Of a DNA stretch of 64,000 nucleotides, positions 29,280 to 39,639 are shown one piece after another; positions within the stretch are counted from its first letter, which is position 1; each line of letters opens with the position of its first letter. The stretch comes from Candidatus Magasanikiibacteriota bacterium. Its GTDB lineage: Bacteria > Patescibacteriota > Patescibacteriia > Magasanikbacterales > UBA922. The notes beneath the pieces are model-generated. The model saw nothing but the letters and a program-made list of their open reading frames with translations. It ran no database searches and was not told the origin of the DNA. The stretch spans positions 184,294 to 248,293 of the forward strand of contig JBAYVA010000002.1 in assembly GCA_041674805.1 (NCBI GenBank), given 5' to 3'. The translations under genes were made by a program, and so were the position numbers.

Positions 29280-32200
29280 ATGTCACGCGATACATTTCAC
29301 TCTATGAATTTTGACGCTTTGCGTCTAAAAGTCGCTTCTCCTCAGACTATCCGTAAGTGGTCTTTTGGTGAAGTCTATAAACCAGAAACGATAAATTATC
29401 GTACTCAAAAACCAGAAAAAGGTGGCCTTTTTGCTGAAGAAATTTTTGGACCTACCAAAGATTGGGAGTGTTACTGTGGAAAATACAAAAAAATTCGTTA
29501 TAAAGGAATTGTTTGTGATAAATGTGGAGTCGAAGTCACACATTCACTTGTACGTCGTGAACGTATGGGTCATATTGAATTAGCAACTCCAGTTTCTCAC
29601 ATTTGGTTTTTACGTACTATTCCTTCACGTATTGGTTTAGTTTTAGATTTGTCTATTCAATCATTAGAAAAAGTAATTTATTTTGCTTCTTTTATCATTA
29701 CTAATGTTGATGAAAATGAAAAAAAACTTATTGCTGATGCTTTGAAAAAAGAACATAAAACAAAAAAGAAAGAAATTGAAATTGAATTTAGTAGTAAATC
29801 AGCTAAAGCTGAAAAAACAGCTATCGCTGATTTAGAAACTGAACGTGATAGAAAATTTGAAAGTTTGGAAGAAGATTTCAAAGAAGCTGAAGAAGAATTA
29901 AAAGATATTGAAATGATGAGTATTATTTCTGAATCACGTTATCAAAATTTATCTTTACGTTACGGACATTTGTTTGAAGCTGGTATTGGTGCTGGTGCTA
30001 TTCGTGGTTTACTTGAAAGATTGGATCTTGCTGAAACAATCAAGAGATTAGAAACTGAATTAAAGAAAAGTAAAGGTGCTAAACGTGAACGTCTAATGCG
30101 TCGTATCAAACTTTTGAAGAGTTTGAACAAAAATAATATTCGTCCAGAATGGATGATTTTGACAAATTTGCCAGTAGTTCCACCAGATTTACGTCCTATG
30201 GTAGCTCTTGATGGTGGACGTTTTGCTACTTCAGATTTAAATGATTTATATCGTCGTGTTATCAATAGAAATAATCGTTTGCGTCGTTTGATTGATTTGA
30301 ATGCACCTGAAGTTATTTGTCGTAATGAAAAGCGCATGTTACAAGAAGCAGTAGATGCTTTGATAGATAACAATGCTCGTGCTACAAAAACAGTTCGTGC
30401 TTCAACTGGACAAAAACGTCAATTGCGTTCTTTGGCAGATATTTTGAAAGGTAAACAAGGTCGTTTCCGTCAAAATTTGCTTGGTAAACGTGTTGATTAT
30501 TCTGGCCGTTCTGTAATCGTAGTAGGACCAAATTTGAAAATTAGTGAATGTGGTTTGCCAAAAATGATTGCACTTGAACTTTTCAAACCTTTTATCATGT
30601 CGGAGATTATCAAGCGGGAACTTGCCCACAATGTTCGCAGTGCTTCTAGATTTATTGAAAGTAATGCTTCTGAAGTTTGGGATATTTTGGAAGAATTAAC
30701 AAAGAAAACTCGCGTACTTTTGAATCGTGCTCCTACTTTGCATAGACTTGGTATTCAAGCTTTTCGTCCTACTTTGGTTGAAGGTAAAGCAATTAGACTT
30801 CATCCTCTTGTTTGTGCGGCTTTCAATGCCGATTTTGATGGAGATCAAATGGCTGTTCATTTACCTTTGTCAGAACAAGCAAAATGGGAAGCTGAAAACT
30901 TGATGGCTTCAGAAAAGAATTTACTTAAACCAGCGACTGGTTCTCCTGTGATAACTCCTCAACAAGATATTGCTCTTGGTTCTTATTATTTGACAAAACT
31001 TGATTATGAAAATGTTGATGAAAAAAATATCAAAGTTTTTTCTAGTGTGACAGAAGCTAAGTATGCTTATAAAACTAGAGTTATCAAACTTCGTGAAACT
31101 ATCAAAGTAAGATTTGATAATTTGGATAAATTTGAAGCAGGTACAAATAAATTTGTGAAAACAAGTTTTGGTCGTATTCTTTTCAATGAAATTTTACCAG
31201 ACAAAATTTCTTATTACAATCAAACTGTAACTAAAAAAGATTTGAGTAATATTATCCAATTTTTACTTGAATTTTATGGTCAAGAAATTACAGCTGAACA
31301 TTTAGACAAAATAAAAGATTTGGGTTATAAATACGCTACAAAATCAGGTTATTCACTTGGTAAAAGTGATTTCCCTGCAATTCCTGCTAAAAAAGAATTA
31401 TTGGCTGAAGCTGATAAAAAAGTATTGTTGGTGCAAGAACAATATGCAGAAGGTTTACTTACAGACTCTGAACGTCATGGTAAAGTATTGGAAATTTGGA
31501 CAGAAGCCAAAGACAAGTTGGTGTCTATGAGTAAAGAAGTTTTGAGTCAAGATAAATCAGTATTTGCGATGATTGATTCTGGTGCTCGTGGTAGTTGGGG
31601 CCAATTGGGTCAAGTTATCGCGATGAAAGGTCTAGTAGCTTCTCCTTCTGGAGACGTTATTGAGTTGCCTGTAAAGAGAAACTTCAAAGAAGGTTTTGAT
31701 GTTCTTGAATTCTTTATCTCATCTCATGGTACTCGTAAAGGTTTGTCAGATATGGCTCTTCGTACAGCTAATGCTGGTTATTTGACTCGTCGTCTAGTAG
31801 ATGTTGCTCAAGAAGTTGTTGTAAAAGAAGAAGATTGTGGAGATAACGATGGTGAAATGTTTACAATAGAACAATCAAAACAAATGGGTGAAAAATTAGC
31901 AGAACGTGTGCTTGGTCGCTATGTTTTGGCTGATGTAAAATTTGGCAAAGAAGTAATATTAAAAGCAGGTGAAGTAGTAACAGCTGAATCTTCTCGTATT
32001 ATTGAAAAAGAAAATATTGATAATATTCATGTTAGATCAGTTTTACAATGTAAATTAGCCAAAGGTGTCTGTACCAAATGTTATGGTTTTGATTTGAGTA
32101 ATCGTAAACCTGTAAAAATTGGTACAGCTGTTGGTGTTATTGCTGCTCAATCTATCGGTGAACCTGGTACACAGCTTACTATGCGTACTTTCCATTTGGG

Positions 32201-33203
32201 TGGTGTTGCTGGTGGCGGAGATATCACACAAGGTTTGCCTCGTGTTGAAGAACTTTTTGAGGCACGTAATCCAAAACGTAAAGCTTTCTTATCTGAAGTT
32301 GCTGGTAGTGTAGAAATTGAAGATGCTGATGGCAAAATTATTACAGCTCCTACTGGTAGAAAAATCTTTGAAGGACGTCGTGGTCAAAAAATTGTCAAAG
32401 TTCATCATGAAGGAACTGAAGAAATGACTTTTGAAATTACAGAAAATGATGATGTCAAAGTTGCTGATGGTCAAAAAGTCAAAAAAGGTGATAAAATTGT
32501 TATTTTAGGTGGTTCTGGTGAAGAAATCAAAGCTCCTAGTGCTGGTAGTGTACGTATTGATGGTGAAACTTTGGTTTTATCTTATGACGGCAAAACAACA
32601 AAGGAATATATTATTCCTGTTGGTTACAAATTGTGGGTTAATAATGGAGACGTTATTGAAAAAGGTGATCAATTAACAGATGGTGCTGTTGAATTGAAAG
32701 AATTATTTCTATTAAAAGGACAAGATGCTGTGAAGAGATATGTGCTTGCAGAAATCCAAGAAATTTATGCTTCACAAGGTCAAAGATTGAATGACAAACA
32801 TATTGAAATTATTATCAAACAAATGTTTAGTCGTGTCTTCATAGAAGAACCTGGCGATACAGATTTGTTGCCTGGTGAAATAGTAGAAAGATCACAATTG
32901 ATTTTGGCCAATAGACAAGCTAAAAAAGAAGGTGTCAAACCAGCAAAAGCACGTGAAATGCTGATGGGTATTAGTAAGATTTCTCTTACAACTCAAAGTT
33001 TCTTATCATCTGCTTCTTTCCAAGAAACATCTCGTGTACTTGTTTCAGCTGCTATTACTGGTAAGATTGATTATCTTGAAGGTCTAAAGGAAAATGTGAT
33101 TATCGGTCGTCTTATTTCTGCTGGTACTGGTGTTTCTGGTATCCCAGAGTTGGAAGACAAAATCAAAGAAGTGGAACAAGTCGAAACTTCTAAAGCTGAA
33201 TAA
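29280..33203 (+). CDS. rpoC: DNA-directed RNA polymerase subunit beta'.
   Basis: The zinc finger 'CYCGKYKKIRYKGIVCDKCGVEV', the catalytic 'NADFDGDQMAVH' and the trigger-loop region. Confidence 0.97.
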   Translation: MSRDTFHSMNFDALRLKVASPQTIRKWSFGEVYKPETINYRTQKPEKGGLFAEEIFGPTKDWECYCGKYKKIRYKGIVCDKCGVEVTHSLVRRERMGHIELATPVSHIWFLRTIPSRIGLVLDLSIQSLEKVIYFASFIITNVDENEKKLIADALKKEHKTKKKEIEIEFSSKSAKAEKTAIADLETERDRKFESLEEDFKEAEEELKDIEMMSIISESRYQNLSLRYGHLFEAGIGAGAIRGLLERLDLAETIKRLETELKKSKGAKRERLMRRIKLLKSLNKNNIRPEWMILTNLPVVPPDLRPMVALDGGRFATSDLNDLYRRVINRNNRLRRLIDLNAPEVICRNEKRMLQEAVDALIDNNARATKTVRASTGQKRQLRSLADILKGKQGRFRQNLLGKRVDYSGRSVIVVGPNLKISECGLPKMIALELFKPFIMSEIIKRELAHNVRSASRFIESNASEVWDILEELTKKTRVLLNRAPTLHRLGIQAFRPTLVEGKAIRLHPLVCAAFNADFDGDQMAVHLPLSEQAKWEAENLMASEKNLLKPATGSPVITPQQDIALGSYYLTKLDYENVDEKNIKVFSSVTEAKYAYKTRVIKLRETIKVRFDNLDKFEAGTNKFVKTSFGRILFNEILPDKISYYNQTVTKKDLSNIIQFLLEFYGQEITAEHLDKIKDLGYKYATKSGYSLGKSDFPAIPAKKELLAEADKKVLLVQEQYAEGLLTDSERHGKVLEIWTEAKDKLVSMSKEVLSQDKSVFAMIDSGARGSWGQLGQVIAMKGLVASPSGDVIELPVKRNFKEGFDVLEFFISSHGTRKGLSDMALRTANAGYLTRRLVDVAQEVVVKEEDCGDNDGEMFTIEQSKQMGEKLAERVLGRYVLADVKFGKEVILKAGEVVTAESSRIIEKENIDNIHVRSVLQCKLAKGVCTKCYGFDLSNRKPVKIGTAVGVIAAQSIGEPGTQLTMRTFHLGGVAGGGDITQGLPRVEELFEARNPKRKAFLSEVAGSVEIEDADGKIITAPTGRKIFEGRRGQKIVKVHHEGTEEMTFEITENDDVKVADGQKVKKGDKIVILGGSGEEIKAPSAGSVRIDGETLVLSYDGKTTKEYIIPVGYKLWVNNGDVIEKGDQLTDGAVELKELFLLKGQDAVKRYVLAEIQEIYASQGQRLNDKHIEIIIKQMFSRVFIEEPGDTDLLPGEIVERSQLILANRQAKKEGVKPAKAREMLMGISKISLTTQSFLSSASFQETSRVLVSAAITGKIDYLEGLKENVIIGRLISAGTGVSGIPELEDKIKEVEQVETSKAE

Positions 33204-33223
33204 AATTATTGTTAATTGGAAGA

Positions 33224-33251
33224 ACTCCTCGTGAAAACGGGGAGTTTTTTT
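33224..33251 (+). terminator. Rho-independent terminator after rpoC.
   Basis: actcctcg-tgaaaa-cggggagt followed by ttttttt. Confidence 0.7.
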
Positions 33252-33407
33252 ATATAGCATAATATGCAGATTAAGCAAAATAAACAAAGTAAGTAACTTT
33301 ATGAACTTTTGACTTTATAACTTTATGAACTTATTTTGTTCTTGATTTTCCCTTCAAAATATGCTAAATTATATTCAACAAATAAGAATTATTTTAATCT
33401 AAAATAT

Positions 33408-34136
33408 ATGTCCGGACACTCAAAATGGCATAATATACAAGGTAAAAAAGGTAAAGCTGATAAGGCTCGTAGTAATTTGTTTACCAAATTGGCGAAAACT
33501 ATTACTGTAGCAGCTCAACTCGGTGGTGGCGACCCTGAGATGAATTTTTCTCTTCGTTTAGCAATTGACAAAGCCAAAGTTGGTAATATGCCCAAAGATA
33601 ATATTGAACGTGCAATAAAGCGTGGTACTGGTGAGTTGGAAGGTGGAACTTTGCAAGAAGTTGTTTATGAAGGTTATGGACCTGGAGGAGTAGCTTTACT
33701 TATTAAAACTGTTACTGACAATATCAATCGTACTATTTCAGAGTTGAAAGGTGTTTTCAATAAATATAATGCTTCTCTTGGTGCAAAAGGTTCTGTGCAA
33801 TGGCAATTCGAAAATGTGACGGTTGTTCGTATCACAGCTGAAGAAAAAGCAAAAATTAAAAATTGGGAAGAATCTCAACTTGAGCTTATGGATGCTGGAG
33901 TAGATGATATTCGTGAAAGTGAGGAAGGCGTAGAGCTTATTGGTGCTATGGATAAATTTCAATCTATTATGGAAGCTGTTGAAAAACTTGGGGTTGGTAT
34001 AGAAACTTCTGGTTTAGAGTGGCTTGCCAAAGAAACAATTGAACTTCCTGCAGACAAGTCTGAATCATTAGAAAAGTTAGTAGAAGCTTTGCATGATTTG
34101 GATGATATTGAGGATGTTTATACTAATGAACAATAA
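33408..34136 (+). CDS. YebC/PmpR-family probable transcriptional regulator.
   Basis: 'MSGHSKWHNIQGKKGKADKARSN' is the canonical N-terminus. The start is taken at the internal Met rather than the ORF-track start at 33336. Confidence 0.85.
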   Translation: MSGHSKWHNIQGKKGKADKARSNLFTKLAKTITVAAQLGGGDPEMNFSLRLAIDKAKVGNMPKDNIERAIKRGTGELEGGTLQEVVYEGYGPGGVALLIKTVTDNINRTISELKGVFNKYNASLGAKGSVQWQFENVTVVRITAEEKAKIKNWEESQLELMDAGVDDIRESEEGVELIGAMDKFQSIMEAVEKLGVGIETSGLEWLAKETIELPADKSESLEKLVEALHDLDDIEDVYTNEQ

Positions 34137-34137
34137 A

Positions 34138-34191
34138 GGCTTACAAAGCTTACTAGGCTAACAAGGCTAACAAGGCTTACAATGCTAAAAA
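34138..34191. repeat. Six tandem 9-mers (GCTTACAAA/GCTAACAAG type) directly after the YebC-family gene stop codon.
   Basis: ggcttacaa agcttacta ggctaacaa ggctaacaa ggcttacaa tgctaaaaa. Confidence 0.8.
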
Positions 34192-34256
34192 TTAGAAATT
34201 GAAAATTAATTCATTGTTTGAAAATTTAAAATTTCTAAATTTCTAAATTATAAAAT

Positions 34257-34754
34257 ATGTCCAAAAAAAATGAACGTATCTTAGGTGTGGATCCTGGCTT
34301 CGGTCGCATCGGTTGGGGAGTGATTGAAAACAAAAAAGGCAAATGGGTTGGTGTGGCATATGGTTGTATTGAAACTGACAAAAAAGCTGATTTCGTGACA
34401 AGATTAGAAGAAATTAGTATTGATTTGACTGCTATAATAAAAAAATATAAACCAGAGTTTAGTGCGGTCGAAGAATTATTTTTTTACAAAAATGTGACGA
34501 CAGCTATCAAAGTTGGACAAGCGCGTGGAGTTATTTTACTTACTTTGAAACAACAAAATGTAGTTGTATACGAATATACTCCTTTGCAAATAAAGCAAAG
34601 TATTACCGGTTATGGTCGGGCTGAAAAAGGGCAGTTGCAGCGTATGGTAAAGATGATGCTTGGGGTGAAGAAAGCAATCACTCCCGATGATGCTGCAGAT
34701 GCTTTGGCCGTGGCATTGACTTGTAGTACTGGGTTGAGGATGCTTAGAATGTAA
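34257..34754 (+). CDS. ruvC: Holliday junction resolvase RuvC.
   Basis: 'ILGVDPGFGRIGWGVIE' with the catalytic Asp/Glu pattern. Confidence 0.85.
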   Translation: MSKKNERILGVDPGFGRIGWGVIENKKGKWVGVAYGCIETDKKADFVTRLEEISIDLTAIIKKYKPEFSAVEELFFYKNVTTAIKVGQARGVILLTLKQQNVVVYEYTPLQIKQSITGYGRAEKGQLQRMVKMMLGVKKAITPDDAADALAVALTCSTGLRMLRM

Positions 34755-34765
34755 TATATAAAAAT

Positions 34766-35104
34766 ATGGATAATAATATAACTCCAAAGATGTCTTTTTT
34801 TAAGAGGATAAAAGATCCGATAGCTTTAAAAATTTTACTTTTTGCATTTTTATTTTTTATATTTTCGAAAATAATTGTTAAATTAGCTAATTTTTTAAAT
34901 TTGTCTAGTATCGATCTTGTTTTTTTGTGTTTGTTTTTTGCATCATATACTACGTTTGTAATGTTGGTAATTTACTTTATACTATTTTTAATAAAACCAG
35001 GGCTAATAAAAAAAGACTTTTTTAAGTCGGTATTTATTTTTTTTATAAAAGTATTTATTATTTTTATTTTAATTATAGGTTTTTTTTCTAGTTTTATGGG
35101 GTAG
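34766..35104 (+). CDS. Hypothetical small membrane protein.
   Basis: 112 aa with three hydrophobic helices. Confidence 0.35.
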   Translation: MDNNITPKMSFFKRIKDPIALKILLFAFLFFIFSKIIVKLANFLNLSSIDLVFLCLFFASYTTFVMLVIYFILFLIKPGLIKKDFFKSVFIFFIKVFIIFILIIGFFSSFMG

Positions 35105-35170
35105 ATAAACTACTCTGTAAATCAAAAAACACCAGCTCAATCGAGACTGGTGTTTTTAAATTTAAAAAAA

Positions 35171-35662
35171 TTATTTAGTCTTTACTACATAAGTCCTAGC
35201 CAACAAATCATGCCAAGCTCTTTTTTGTGGCTCAAATCCAGCCCAGATGAAACCAATGAAAAATGGAACAGCACTAACTATTGTAGAGAAAAAACGTATA
35301 AAAGATTGTGATGTATTAATATTTTCTCCTTGTTCATTTACAATTTTTAGTCCTAAAATAATTTTGCCAGGAGTAGCTGATTTCCAAATCCAAAATCCTA
35401 TAATGTAAGTCATAGGCACTATAACTTTCCATCCAGTATAAGTGAAGGCTAAACCAGCAGGTCCAAGACTACTTGCCCCAAAGAAGAAACCTATTATATA
35501 TAGTCCAACACAATCTAGAATAATCGCCAAAAATCTAATCCAAAATCCAGCATATTGTCTTTCCTCAGGTTTTACATTTATAGTTGTTGGTGTTGGTATT
35601 GTGCTAGGTGTATCCATTTTTGAATTTAATACTTCTGTGTTTTGTTTTGGTTGTGTTTCCAT
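35171..35662 (-). CDS. RDD-family membrane protein.
   Basis: 'ILGLKIVNEQGENI...RAWHDLLARTYVV' is a typical RDD C-terminus. Confidence 0.65.
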   Translation of the reverse strand: METQPKQNTEVLNSKMDTPSTIPTPTTINVKPEERQYAGFWIRFLAIILDCVGLYIIGFFFGASSLGPAGLAFTYTGWKVIVPMTYIIGFWIWKSATPGKIILGLKIVNEQGENINTSQSFIRFFSTIVSAVPFFIGFIWAGFEPQKRAWHDLLARTYVVKTK

Positions 35663-35788
35663 ATAGTATGTTAATAAGTAAATATATTATTATATTATCA
35701 TTGTTTATATATTTTTGACAACAGTCATCTGGTTTTTGTTTATTAGATATGATAAAATATACATATATTAAATTATAACAAAAAATTT

Positions 35789-36799
35789 ATGTCTAAAAAA
35801 ATAAAAATTGCTATCAATGGTTTTGGTAGAATAGGTCGTCATGCTTTCAAAGTTGCCATGACCAAAAAAAATTTGGAAGTAGTAGCTATCAATGATTTGA
35901 CTGATACTAAAACTTTGGCGCACTTGCTCAAATATGATACTGCTTATTCAAAAACTAATTTGAAAATAAGTTTTGATGAAAAAAATCTTATCGTCAATGG
36001 TAAAAAAATACCATGTTTTGCGATGCGTGATCCAAAAGAATTACCTTGGAAAAAGATGTCAGTAGAGGTAGTGATTGAATGTACTGGCGTGTTTTTGACC
36101 AAAGAATTAGCTGGTTTACATTTACAAGCTGGTGCCAAAAAAGTTGTTTTGTCAGCTCCTGCTAAAGGTGATGATATTACTACTTATGTACGTGGTTTGA
36201 ATTGTGAAAGCTACAAAAAAAACAAAGAAACAATTATTGATAATGCTTCTTGTACTACCAATTGTGCTGCACCAGTGATGAAAGTATTAGAAAGTGATTT
36301 TGGTGTAGAAAAAGCAATGTTAACAACAATTCATTCTTATACAGCAGACCAAAATTTGCAAGATGGTCCACACAAAGATTTGCGTCGTGCTAGAGCTGCT
36401 TGTCAAAATATTGTACCAACTTCTACCGGTGCTGCCAAAGCTACTACGAAAGTTGTGCCAGAATTACAAAATAAATTTGATGGTCTAGCGATACGTGTGC
36501 CGACTATTACAGGTTCTTTGACAGATTTTACTGTTTTATTGAAAAAGAGTGTTACAAAAGAAGAAGTAAACAAAGCTTTGATAAAAGCAAGTAAAACTTA
36601 TTTGAAAGGTATTTTGACTACAACAGAAGAACCTATAGTTTCATCAGATGTTATTGGCAATGTTTATTCTTCTATTGTGGATTTGGAATTGACAAATGTA
36701 GTTGGTGGTAATTTGGTAAAAGTAATTTCTTGGTATGATAATGAATGGGGTTATGCTAATAGATTGGTAGAAATGGTGGAGATAGTGGGAAAAAACTAA
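35789..36799 (+). CDS. gap: Glyceraldehyde-3-phosphate dehydrogenase.
   Basis: 'KIAINGFGRIGR' Rossmann motif and the active-site 'SCTTNC'. Confidence 0.95.
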   Translation: MSKKIKIAINGFGRIGRHAFKVAMTKKNLEVVAINDLTDTKTLAHLLKYDTAYSKTNLKISFDEKNLIVNGKKIPCFAMRDPKELPWKKMSVEVVIECTGVFLTKELAGLHLQAGAKKVVLSAPAKGDDITTYVRGLNCESYKKNKETIIDNASCTTNCAAPVMKVLESDFGVEKAMLTTIHSYTADQNLQDGPHKDLRRARAACQNIVPTSTGAAKATTKVVPELQNKFDGLAIRVPTITGSLTDFTVLLKKSVTKEEVNKALIKASKTYLKGILTTTEEPIVSSDVIGNVYSSIVDLELTNVVGGNLVKVISWYDNEWGYANRLVEMVEIVGKN

Positions 36800-36867
36800 A
36801 GAGGAATGAGGAACGAGTAATGTGGAATGAGGAATCAAAATATTAAATTAAAAAATTACAAAAAGGG

Positions 36868-36966
36868 TTCTCCCCCTATTAGGGGGAGTTAGAGGGGGTC
36901 CATCTTTGAACAAGACGTTTTATCTTATAAAAGACCTCCCCTAGCCCCTCCTAATAGGAGGGGGAT
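36868..36966. repeat. GC-rich palindromic interspersed element, copy A (about 100 nt).
   Basis: tctccccctattagggggagttagagggggtccatctttgaacaagacgttttatcttataaaagacctcccctagcccctcctaataggagggggattc. The terminal hairpins are CCCCCTAtTAGGGGG and CCCCTCCTAaTAGGAGGGG. Confidence 0.8.
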
Positions 36967-36984
36967 TCATAAAATTTATTTTTT

Positions 36985-38181
36985 ATGAAGACTATTAGTA
37001 AACTAAAAGATCTTACAAATAAAATTGTACTTTTAAGAGTAGATTACAACGTTCCACTAAAAAAAGGTGAGATTTTGGATGATGAAAAAATTGTAAAATC
37101 TTTGCCAACCATAAGAATGTTGCAAGCCAAAAAAGCTAAGATTATTATAGTTACTCATTTGGGACGTCCTGAAGGCAAAGTAGTAGCTTCTTTGAAAGTA
37201 GATCCCATAGCTGTAAGATTGGGTGAGTTATTAAAACAAAAAATTGTAAAATTGGATACCAAAGATTGGTCAAAAAATAAAAATGACAAAATCCGTTTGG
37301 ATTTGATTACGACAGTAGATGCTTTGCGTCCAGCTGAAGTCGCTATGATGGAAAACATTCGTTTTTCACCAGATGAAGAAGATAATAAAGGTGATTTGTC
37401 ACAAGAATTGGCTAATCTTGCAGATATTTTTGTACTAGATGGTTTTGCTGTTGCTCATCGGGCGGATGCCTCTGTTGTTGGTGTAGACAAATATTTACCT
37501 AGTTATGCTGGCTTACTTTTGGAAACAGAAATAAAAATTTTGACAAAAGTTTTGAAAAATCCAAAAAAGCCTTTTGTTTCTATTATTGGTGGCATAAAAG
37601 CAGAAACAAAAATTCCTGTGATGAAAAATTTGTTGAAGACAAGTAATCATTTATTGATTGGCGGAGGTATTGTAAATACTTATTTGTATGCACTTGGTTA
37701 CAAAGTAGGAGCTTCTATTATTGATAAAGATTATGCTCAAGAAATTTTGAAATATTGTAAAAATAAAAAAGTAGTAAAACCTTTGGATGTAGTGGTAGGG
37801 GATATAAAAGGTAAAAAATATTTTGTCATGGATATAAATGAAAAATTCAAAATTACTGACAAAAATTTAGCAATTTATGATATTGGTCCAAAAACTATTC
37901 ATGAATTTTCTAAAATTATCAAAAAAGCTAATACCATTATCTGGAATGGAGCCATGGGATATTTTGAACAAAATCCGTATCAATATGGTACTTATAGTAT
38001 AGCTCGTTTGGTAGCTAGTAGATCAAAAGGTAAAGCTTTTGCTGTGGTTGGTGGAGGAGAAACAATTTTGAGTTTGGAAGCTGTAAAGATGACAGAATAT
38101 GTTGATCATGTTTCTACTGGTGGTGGTGCTATGCTTGAATTTTTGTCTGGTAAAAAATTGCCTGGATTAAAAATATTATAG
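36985..38181 (+). CDS. pgk: Phosphoglycerate kinase.
   Basis: 'LLRVDYNVP' N-terminal motif and the 'GGGA' hinge; 398 aa. Confidence 0.93.
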   Translation: MKTISKLKDLTNKIVLLRVDYNVPLKKGEILDDEKIVKSLPTIRMLQAKKAKIIIVTHLGRPEGKVVASLKVDPIAVRLGELLKQKIVKLDTKDWSKNKNDKIRLDLITTVDALRPAEVAMMENIRFSPDEEDNKGDLSQELANLADIFVLDGFAVAHRADASVVGVDKYLPSYAGLLLETEIKILTKVLKNPKKPFVSIIGGIKAETKIPVMKNLLKTSNHLLIGGGIVNTYLYALGYKVGASIIDKDYAQEILKYCKNKKVVKPLDVVVGDIKGKKYFVMDINEKFKITDKNLAIYDIGPKTIHEFSKIIKKANTIIWNGAMGYFEQNPYQYGTYSIARLVASRSKGKAFAVVGGGETILSLEAVKMTEYVDHVSTGGGAMLEFLSGKKLPGLKIL

Positions 38182-38215
38182 TTCACAGTTCGGAGTTCAT
38201 AGTTCATAGAAAAAT

Positions 38216-38476
38216 ATGAAAAAAATAAAATGTTTGCGTAAAAAAATAGATTGTGTTGATAAAAGAATTTTGAAATTGCTTGCAAAGCGTTTTGTTTTGA
38301 CTGACAAAATTGGTGCAATCAAAAAATTAGAAAAGATTGAAATAGAAGATAAAAGTAGGGAAGTAGAAATTTTAGAAAAATTTGAAAAACTTTCACAAAA
38401 ATTTAATCTTGATAAAAATTTTACAACCAATCTTCTCCAACTAATTTTGCAAGAATCAAAAAAGAGACAATCTTAG
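38216..38476 (+). CDS. Chorismate mutase (AroQ class, monofunctional).
   Basis: 'LRKKIDCVDKRILKLLAKRFVLTDKIGAIK' matches the AroQ helix 1 pattern. Confidence 0.7.
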   Translation: MKKIKCLRKKIDCVDKRILKLLAKRFVLTDKIGAIKKLEKIEIEDKSREVEILEKFEKLSQKFNLDKNFTTNLLQLILQESKKRQS

Positions 38477-38609
38477 CAATTTGTTTTTATGTTTTCATGC
38501 TTTTCAGCCCTAGGCTGATCCGCCTTGGTCGGAAATGTTTTAATTTGATGTCTCTTGCCATCACCCTCATTTTGAGATAAACTAAAGATGTAAATAATAA
38601 CGAAAAACT

Positions 38610-39596
38610 ATGAGTAAAAAAATAATCTTCTCCGCTATTCAACCGACTGGCAACTTGCATATCGGTAATTATCTTGGCGCTGTCAAAAATTGGGTAGAAC
38701 TACAGAAAAATGAGGACTATGAGTGTATTTTTTGTATTGCAGATTATCATGCGATGACCGGCGACAAGACAGCTCAAGATAGACGAGATCAGATTGTGCT
38801 TATGGCGGCTGAGCTTTTGGCTTTGGGAATTGATCCTAAGAAATCTACTTTCTTCGTCCAATCTCATGTGCCAGAGCATACTGAGCTTGCTTGGATTTTC
38901 AATACTGTGACTCCGATTGCTGAATTGGAAAGAATGACTCAATACAAAGATAAATCTCAAAAACAAATAAAAAATATCAATACAGGACTTCTGACATATC
39001 CTACTCTTATGGCTGCTGATATTTTGCTTTATCATACAGATTTGGTTCCTGTTGGAGAAGACCAAATTCAGCACGTAGAGCTTACTCGAGATATCGGTCG
39101 CTGGTTCAATAATAAATATGCTGAAAATTATTTTGGAGAAGTGAAGCCTTTGCTCACAGAAATTCCTAGAGTAAAAAGTTTACTAGAACCAACTAGAAAA
39201 ATGAGTAAGAGTTATGGGCTAAATCATGTTTTGGAACTTGCAGATGAACCAGAAGTGATTTTGGCTAAGCTCAAAAAAGCTGTAACCGCTAGTGAGCCAG
39301 GTGAAAAATCTCCAGGTGTAGAAAACTTATTATTACTATTAAAAAACTTTGCAGATGAGGCTGTGTATAACAAATTTGTAGAAGCTGAAAAAGGTGGTAC
39401 TATTAAATACGGAGAGTTAAAAAATATTTTAGCAGAAGCGATTGGTGCTTACTTCGTTGAATTCAGACAGAGACGGACAGAACTTTTGGAAAATAGAAAT
39501 GAACTTGCTTCTATATTAGCGGAAGGTGAAGAAAAGGCTAGCAAGATTGCAAAGAGTACTATGAGAGAAATCAGACAGCTCATTGGAATTAGGTAA
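38610..39596 (+). CDS. trpS: Tryptophan--tRNA ligase.
   Basis: The HIGH-like motif 'TGNLHIGNYLGA' and the 'KMSKS' motif. Confidence 0.93.
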   Translation: MSKKIIFSAIQPTGNLHIGNYLGAVKNWVELQKNEDYECIFCIADYHAMTGDKTAQDRRDQIVLMAAELLALGIDPKKSTFFVQSHVPEHTELAWIFNTVTPIAELERMTQYKDKSQKQIKNINTGLLTYPTLMAADILLYHTDLVPVGEDQIQHVELTRDIGRWFNNKYAENYFGEVKPLLTEIPRVKSLLEPTRKMSKSYGLNHVLELADEPEVILAKLKKAVTASEPGEKSPGVENLLLLLKNFADEAVYNKFVEAEKGGTIKYGELKNILAEAIGAYFVEFRQRRTELLENRNELASILAEGEEKASKIAKSTMREIRQLIGIR

Positions 39597-39639
39597 GAAT
39601 CTTTATTCATCTAAACATTATAGAAAGGGGGTGAAAAAT

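Noticed and set aside
25993-32474. Multiple 60-140-aa antisense or alternative-frame ORFs inside rpoB and rpoC (for example 29960..30373 on the minus strand).
   Set aside because: They are embedded in highly conserved essential genes, are Ser/Arg/Lys-rich low-complexity translations of the opposite strand, and none has an RBS or conserved motifs.
3147-34191. Short tandem repeats in several spacers as possible CRISPR arrays.
   Set aside because: Periods are 9-12 nt with no unique spacers, the repeats are degenerate, no cas genes are nearby, and each locus has a different unit. These are not CRISPR.
38477-38609. T-box riboswitch leader upstream of trpS.
   Set aside because: There is no AGGGTGGNACCGCG T-box sequence and no specifier-loop/antiterminator arrangement, only a small GC-rich hairpin.
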